Shown piece after piece: positions 55,001 through 64,000 of a stretch of 64,000 nt of DNA (its first letter is position 1; each line of letters opens with the position of its first letter). Position numbers and translations under genes: made by a program. This DNA comes from Antedon mediterranea. Its lineage: Eukaryota > Animalia > Echinodermata. The stretch is from positions 2,294,001 to 2,358,000 of the forward strand of contig NC_092673.1 of the NCBI RefSeq assembly GCF_964355755.1, written 5' to 3'. The notes under the pieces were generated by a model. It saw nothing but the letters and a program-made list of their open reading frames with translations. It made no database searches and had not been told where the DNA came from.

Positions 55001-55711
55001 TGTACTGTAATTATATTTGGAGAAAAATGTAGGAGATATTTTTAAAGAGAATATTATGATGCTGGATACAGAAAATAAAAAGTCTGGCAGTTTTTTTACA
55101 ATTGTTAGAATTATCTGTTGAAAAATTGATAACATTTTAAATACATCTACTGGTATATACTAATTATTGTTATATTACCAAAAAATGAACAAGGGCCAAA
55201 ATATATGTTTTAACACTTCAGTCAACCCATATTAAAGGCCCACATTTGGGGTAAATTCAGGTATAATCATAGGGACAGATCCAAGGGAAGGACCCAGCCG
55301 GCCCGGGCCTCCCTCCCTCCCCCTACATTTTGCAAATTGTAAATGCAAAAGGTAGGACATCAAATTAAGCTCAGCCTTCATTCCCAACCGCCCTCTTCCC
55401 CATTTTTCTAAATCCTGGATCCACAACTGAATTAATACATAATATTAATATCTACAACTTGAAAATGAGTTCCATAGTTTAACAACCATTTTGATTTGGT
55501 TTTAAATTGCAAAATGAAATAAAAAAAGGGTAATTAAAGGAAGGAAGTCTAACAGTTGGTATTAAATCTTTAGTTGATGTTTGTTGTCATGAAATTAGTT
55601 CCTGTAATAACAAGTACATTGTTTGTTAATTCTCATGGGTGTTTAAGGAACTGTAACAAATTCCATTATTGGTATCTATTGTTTCTGGAACAAAGGTTGT
55701 AATATTATGTG

Positions 55712-55982
55712 ATAATATTATTAGTTCATTCTTATATAGTACAAAAAAGCAAGCTCTCAATTCACTGCACATTATTAACTCGGCCATTTTTTGGGATCAA
55801 ACATGTATGAAAACATTCTCCTGAATCGGCGCAAAGATGTGTCTTCATCTAACTGGGTACCCATTTATACACCTTGGTTGAGAGAGGCAAACATAAGTGT
55901 CTTGCTTAAAAGGTACAAGCAATTCGACGTGAGTTGGATTCAAATCATGATCATTAATCCAACACACTTTGCCAACACGCCC
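55712..55982 (-). mobile_element. tRNA-derived SINE, second family, diverged
   Basis: gtacccatttatacacc.tgg..gagagaggcaaac...gagttggattcaaa...atccaacacac. Confidence 0.72.
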
Positions 55983-56082
55983 TTGTGGTGTATATTATTA
56001 CAGTTTTTGTTTGTTTGTTTGTAGTTAAGTGTGTTCTTTTATTTTTTGAGAGAGAGACTGAGATATTTATATATATATACCC

Positions 56083-56124
56083 TTGCACTGATGAAGGGCT
56101 AGTGTTGCCCGAAAGCTCTGCTAA
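56083..56124 (+). ncRNA. Minimal type I hammerhead ribozyme motif, copy 2
   Basis: ttgcactgatgaagggctagtgttgcccgaaagctctgctaa, identical over 42 nt to copy 1. Confidence 0.7.
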
Positions 56125-56251
56125 CTTTTCTGGCTGTTTACTTTATTGTTTTGATTTAGCTTTTCGCTTTTTTTTTTTTGTATCTCCATTGAGATCCAGC
56201 CACTGTTACCCACAGCATTGTCATTTTTTCAGTAATTTGCCTTTGGATTTA
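56083..56251 (+). mobile_element. Dispersed repeat, probable Penelope-like pLTR remnant, copy 2
   Basis: Matches 24625-24787; flanked on both sides by tttatatata(ta)ccc-like sequence. Confidence 0.65.
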
Positions 56252-57674
56252 TATATACCCAGTGGGATATAGCTTGGGTGACAGGCTTCCCTAAAATGAC
56301 AAACTACTTTTTGATTTCTGTTTTTCACCAATTTTACTAGTAATATTATGTCGGCACTCGTCCCATACTAACAAAATTGTGAATCTGCTACTGTATCCAC
56401 ACCAAATTTCTTATAGTGCTCCAGCTAGATGGTACACTAAACCTCCAGTGTACTGCAGTACATATAGCATACAAGTATAGCAAATACATAAGAGAGGAAG
56501 GTAGAGAAACAGTACATACAGTCATGACAACAATTTATCCATGTCATTTAAAAAATTGTATCGTTTTATAATATATGTGCATTTCTATTCAGCTTAAACA
56601 TTTTCTAATTTGCATGATATCCATTGCTAACTACATTGATTTTTTTCAAAGTATTATTTGTCTCTAGTCTTGGTCTTATCTCTAATATCTACTGCTTAAA
56701 ATTAAAAGAATGTCATTATTCTCAATAGGCTATTTCAAATGCCAAACCTTTATCAGATTATTGAATCATATATCAAATAATATGTAAATTTAATATGGAT
56801 CTTTTTCCTTTCCCTCAGGTTTTATCTTTATTTCAAGGTTAATCAATATATTTTTTTTTTCTCCTCTCAAAAACTTACTTTGATAAGACTTTTAAATATG
56901 TCAGAGTTACAGTGTTGTATTTTAATAGGTTGCTTTATTGCGTGGGTAAAGAAATGAATTTCTAACTAAGATTAACTGTATTGAGAATAAACATAGGGGG
57001 TCTGGATAGAAACCTATATTTTACACTACATTTCAACATAATTGCTAATTGATTTTCCATTAATTACCTGAATGTTAGCAAAAGGTTATATTGAAACATT
57101 GAACTATGGTATATTTTTTATGAATGACAAAAGATTGTACACTATGAAAATGTATACATAAACCTGTATGGATATGTTAACAATACCATTGTGTGTAACA
57201 TATGATTGATGTGTAAGGAATTATTAATCAAACTACATGTATAAATTGGTATTCATTGTGCATTTTTGTCAAATCATTATATTTCTTAGAATTATTATTT
57301 GCTTGCAAATTTCATGATTTAAATTTTATGGTTTTGTTACTGTAAAGTACCTTATTTGAATGAGAATTACTATTAATGATCTCATTATCTGCAAACCACT
57401 TCAACATTAATTTAAGAACACAAACAGAGTTAATTATATATTTGACATATCAAGGTTGTTATATATAAATTTAGATGTAATGAGAGAAATTTTTCTTTAT
57501 TTTACCTAGGCAATCGACAATACGTAAATAAAAACAAATGATGTCTAACACACATTCTTACAATCATAAGTACATTTTGATGTTCGTTTTATATGAATTA
57601 CCAAAAAATGGTAACTCTGCCTCAACAGCTCGGAGATAATTATATAATTAATAATATATTTATATAATTAATAA

Positions 57675-57968
<294 letters not shown>

Positions 57969-58393
57969 TGAGAAAAGTAAACAATACAAATACTTGAAAA
58001 GATGAACTGGATAACTAGTTAATGCGATTAAGTAGTACATAAATGATTGATATTGACCTTTTTATTGGATAGAATATTCAAACAAATTGTTGTAACACAA
58101 TCACCTCATGCATTGACACTGTCGGTTGCTTAAAAGTTTATTAATTTCTATATAGTACTAGTAGGGTAGCATCTCTAAAAATATTGTTAAACCTGCTGCC
58201 TCTTGTTCTAGTTATTTAGAACCAAGACATGGGTCTGTTTTATGAAATATATTGCTGTTTATTATGTTTACCCTTTCTTTTGTTGATTAAATCCTTGTCT
58301 AAATTTGACTTATATAACCCCATGACCTTTTTATTCAGTAGCAACCTGCAACTGTCGACATAATACATTAAATAACAAATTAATTATTTTTAA

Positions 58394-58738
<345 letters not shown>

Positions 58739-59000
58739 TGAAGGCACCAAGTTACAGTTAGCCAGCCAGCCAGCTTAACCAAAACACCCTGAATTTCTTT
58801 AAATGCTTTTATAGATTTAAACATATTTGGACCTCAACCTCGTTTAGAGTATGTGAACCCATTAAGCTGCAGGAAATTATACTATATAACTCACAATAAC
58901 ATCTTTATTGTCAAAATAATAAGATCAATAAGATTATAATTAGAAGATTTTTTAAAGTACCATGGGGAGATGGTAATACGTATAAATAAAACAGATAACA

Positions 59001-59233
59001 AGATATATTGTCCCCTGAAAATATTTTATTGAATATGCTATTTTAATGACCAAAAATTATAGAAAAAATGCAATTTAAACCAAAGAAATACTATTATACT
59101 ATATTGTCTATCTGTCTATTTTTTTTGGTTTTTTTTTACAAAAGTGAATAACTTTATTAAAACTACAAAATGGCCTATTTAAAGTCTGATTTATTAATCT
59201 TCATTTTTCATGTTTTTGAGGGACAATACATCA
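59001..59233 (-). mobile_element. MITE family D, internally deleted
   Basis: agatatattgtcccc ... gggacaatacatc; reverse complement of 45566-45848. Confidence 0.75.
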
Positions 59234-59400
59234 TTAACATTGTACTAATATTTAGTGAGCTGTTTTCATAAAATAATAAGTTTGCTATTCATATAGCCAT
59301 GAACAATTCAATAAGGTTAGGAAGTTTACGTTTTATATGAACCATACTTCATAATGCATGAATGAATTTAATCATCCATTTCGTTAACATGATTACCTAA

Positions 59401-59903
<503 letters not shown>

Positions 59904-60030
59904 ACCTTACAAGTCAGTCAATCATTCTCCTAGTTCCAATGACTCACTCAATACTACCTCTCCACTTTTCTTTATTATTTACTTCCAATTTAAATACACT
60001 ATGTCATATGGTTTCTTGACTTTTCTGTTA

Positions 60031-60204
60031 AGCTTGGTTCCCACGAGAACGTAACGCAAGGACGTAAACGCAACGCAAGGGTTTTAACCAATGACAAGCG
60101 AAGTTATAGACAGTTAGCAATCACAAGCGAATAAGCCATCGCTTGTGATTGGTCAATTCACTTGCGTTGCGTTACGTCCTTGCGTCGCTAGTGGGAACCA
60201 CGCT
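60031..60204. mobile_element. MITE family B, best-preserved copy, TTA TSD
   Basis: tta|agcttggttcccac...gtgggaaccacgct|tta; nearly fully palindromic. Confidence 0.82.
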
Positions 60205-60283
60205 TTAGGGCTTATAATTCCACATTATAGACACAGGCACTTTATACAGCTATAAATGGGCACCAGAATAACCGGTCTTGGTT

Positions 60284-60611
60284 GAGTGAGTGGCCGAGCG
60301 GTTAAGACAGTGGAACCATAATTACGTAGCCATAACATCGGCAGGGGTTCGAGGCTCACTCACTCCATGGTTCTGGTGGTAGAACGAGTCTTCTCGGATA
60401 AGGACTATAAACCGTAGGTCCAGTGTACACATCTAGCTCGTGTGCACTTTAAAGAACCTAGTACATCTTTCGAGATGAGTAGGGGGTTACCCCGGTGTAT
60501 TAGTACATCACAGCCACTGATCATAACTGGGTCCTCTGGGAGACTAGTATTTGACTGAAGAGGTTACCCAGTATAAATATATATTTCAATCAATCAATTT
60601 CAATCAATTCA
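60284..60611 (+). mobile_element. Full-length tRNA-derived Deu-like SINE
   Basis: A and B boxes, core gtcttctcggataaggactataaaccgtaggtcc...ttaaagaacc...ccccggtgt, (caat)n tail. Confidence 0.85.
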
Positions 60612-60846
60612 ATAACTACCGGAAATAAATAATTAGTATAAAAAACATATATGTATCGTTCAGATTAGATAGTTACTCTATAATTCCCATGTCTTTATCA
60701 AAAATTAAAAAAAAATTTTTTTTTTATAACTTTGAATTGTATAGTTCTATAAAACAATCCTCCACACAGCAAACCCAGTTTCAAAAATAGTTTTATTATA
60801 AAGTTCTCTGACCTGTGGTATTAGAGGCAAATATGCATTACATACA

Positions 60847-61004
60847 TAGCTCGTGTGCACTTTAAAGAACCTAGTACATCTTTCGAGACGAGTAGGGGGT
60901 TACCCCGGTGTATTAGTACATCACAGCCACTGATCACCAACTGGGCCCTCTGAGAGACCAGTCTTTGACTGAAGAAGTTACCCAGTATAAATATATATTT
61001 CAAT
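60847..61004 (+). mobile_element. Deu-like SINE, 5'-truncated tandem copy
   Basis: Repeats 60435-60590 almost exactly. Confidence 0.82.
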
Positions 61005-61140
61005 ATTGGACATTTAATGTTACATTTAGAAAAGTACACAACAGTAAACTTTGGGTTAAACTTGCGGACCTTAGTCTTGGTTGAGCATTAACTTATTTAT
61101 AAGCTTTTAAGTAAGTATGTATATTGTTCATCACGTCTAA

Positions 61141-61815
<675 letters not shown>

Positions 61816-62845
61816 CGTTAAATGAATGATTAGTGATGAATCGCAAACGTGATTAAAAATTTTCACCAGTTGTTTGGTCAGCTGATTTCTGCATCGTACA
61901 ATGCGCTGTTCTCTCTCATCCCTCCTTTTAGATACCTTGACGTGTAGTAAGGCACATTATGGATAGACCCTGCCAGGGTCTTTCTGCTTGGCATAAAAAC
62001 AAATGATTGTTTGATTTCTTGAGCATGCCGACAAATAGGCATGTGGACAGACAGTTGTGTAAATACGCAATTTTTGTTGACAATAAGTTATTGATAAAGA
62101 ACTAATATTAGCGGAGTGATAAAAGATTGATTTTTATATTTGTTTGCCACCGGGGACTACTACGTTAAAAGGAAGAATTACAGAAACAACTCTATTTGTT
62201 TGTCGGAAGGGAAGATGAAGGGGCAAAAGATATTTGTATTAAGAAGACCGATGATGCATAGATTTTTCGGGATGGTTATTTGTGGTGATTTTGGTGCTGA
62301 CTGATGTTGAACGCAGCATGTGGCTAGGAGAGAGAGGTTTAGGAGCGACTTCTTGCAAAGTCGATGAGAATTCCAGATGTAGAGTAGTCATGCTTCTATA
62401 GATAAGCAAAAATGTTTAGATGTTTTTAGGAAGACCAGTTAGCAAAAACCACAAGAGTTAGTTTGCTCTTCCGGTTACCAAATAAAGATTTGGTTTGTAA
62501 ACGAAAGTGCTCAAAATATCAATAGTGTGAAATAGATGTTTCAGGTATGATTCAAAATACATGGCTCCTATTGATGCCATGCTTGTATTTCACCGTGCTT
62601 TAAATCAGTTTTAACTAAACAAAAACAAATAAAAATTCCATCGTGTTTACCATTCATGATATCATGTGAAGAGAAAATGATTTCAAGAGTTTCGGGTAAT
62701 ACAATTTTGGGCTTACATACCAGATTCTGCTGTGCATGGCAGAATTTTAAAACCCCACAACTTAAATTGGTTTGCCCTGTATCAATCGATAGGGTAACAT
62801 ATTGTATATGACCTGACCCCTTGATTCAATAATAATAAATAAAAT
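61816..62845 (+). other. Probable CtBP 3' UTR with candidate polyadenylation signals
   Basis: Repeat-free sequence after the stop; AATAAA near 62481, 62628 and 62834. True end unknown. Confidence 0.45.
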
Positions 62846-64000
62846 GTTAATGTTATGCTATTGCATCATGTGTAAATAATTTGTTGACTGGATACCATGC
62901 TTTAAAATTGTTGTGTGAATTTAATACTCTTCCAGTATCCAGTAAACTTCTTACTAATTCAATTAAAATTTCATTTCAAATATGGATATTTATCAAAATT
63001 TGTTCCAATGACTGTCCCTTCAAATGTACGTAGGAAATTTTACAAGATCAAGATTTAATGTTTTATTATCACTATTCAGTGGTTGAGAATTTATTCTTGC
63101 CCAGGAAAGTTTTTTTATTGTATATATTAAACAACACACTGTTTTGTTATTGAAATATGTTGAAGCTTGTTTTCACCATATCAAACTCATTGTTTAGTTT
63201 GAAAAGGTAGGCATACATAATTACGACATACATTTGTCTGACAAGCATGTAGGTAGGGATGATAATGTAGACTGTATTTAATATATACAGCTCTACTTTT
63301 GTGGTTTTTAAATATTCAACCAATCAGAGCACAGAGATTTTGCAGACAATACTGTAAAACCATTCAAGATCAGATACATTGAGCATGGCCTGGATCATTA
63401 TTATTTACTAATTATTTCACGAAAATCATTGTTTTATGGAATATATTTGGCAATCATGCTCTACAAAAATAAAAGCTTAAAGACAAATCAGTTGGTGCCA
63501 AACTGGGGAGCAAAAGGTATGTTTATAAAGCTAGGCCTAAACTATATCAAATTGATCTAGGCCTAGGCCTAAGCTAGGCCTAGCTAAATTAATGAAGGGG
63601 ACTTGGAGGCTGTTTGACCTGCCTGATAAATGTATATATGTGGTAATTTCTCATAGTGTATGCCTGCCTACAGATTTTCTTAGATTCAAAATACAGTCAA
63701 GCCAATTAAATCAATGGTTTCAATAGATCAATATGTACATTATTTCAACACAGGTATTTAAAGGATAAAGATTGCATGAAGGCTAATGCGTTTTTTACCT
63801 GTTTGTTTCACTGCATGCTAATAGTATAAACATCTTATGTATGAAATTATTTATAGCTACCTCAGAGGAACACGTAAATGTTTTAAATAGCCGAAGTATA
63901 AGCAGATGGTATATAAATGGGATTATATTCTTAAATGAGCTGGGCTCTGTTCTAACTGTTTTTATACCTGGACTGAAATGTTTCAAAGGGTTTAATTGCG

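Overview
AT-rich eukaryotic (invertebrate metazoan, most likely non-vertebrate deuterostome) genomic DNA with two divergently transcribed, spliced genes. Minus strand: the first four coding exons of MAEA (CTLH/GID E3 ligase subunit; ATG at 11484, gene runs off the left edge). Plus strand: a complete 7-coding-exon CtBP corepressor gene (20489..61815, 544 aa by my splicing). Its N-terminus is a THAP zinc-finger domain split by a 15.3-kb intron and absent from the ORF track. An internal MDKRKPKRPR start would give a conventional 449-aa THAP-less form. The introns hold an 88-unit 21-bp minisatellite, an internally deleted Sola2-type DNA transposon with a nested SINE, two tRNA-derived SINE families, several MITE families, a Crypton-like palindromic element and two Penelope-type minimal hammerhead ribozyme motifs. 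All calls were made by eye; family assignments rest on recalled motifs, not on searches.
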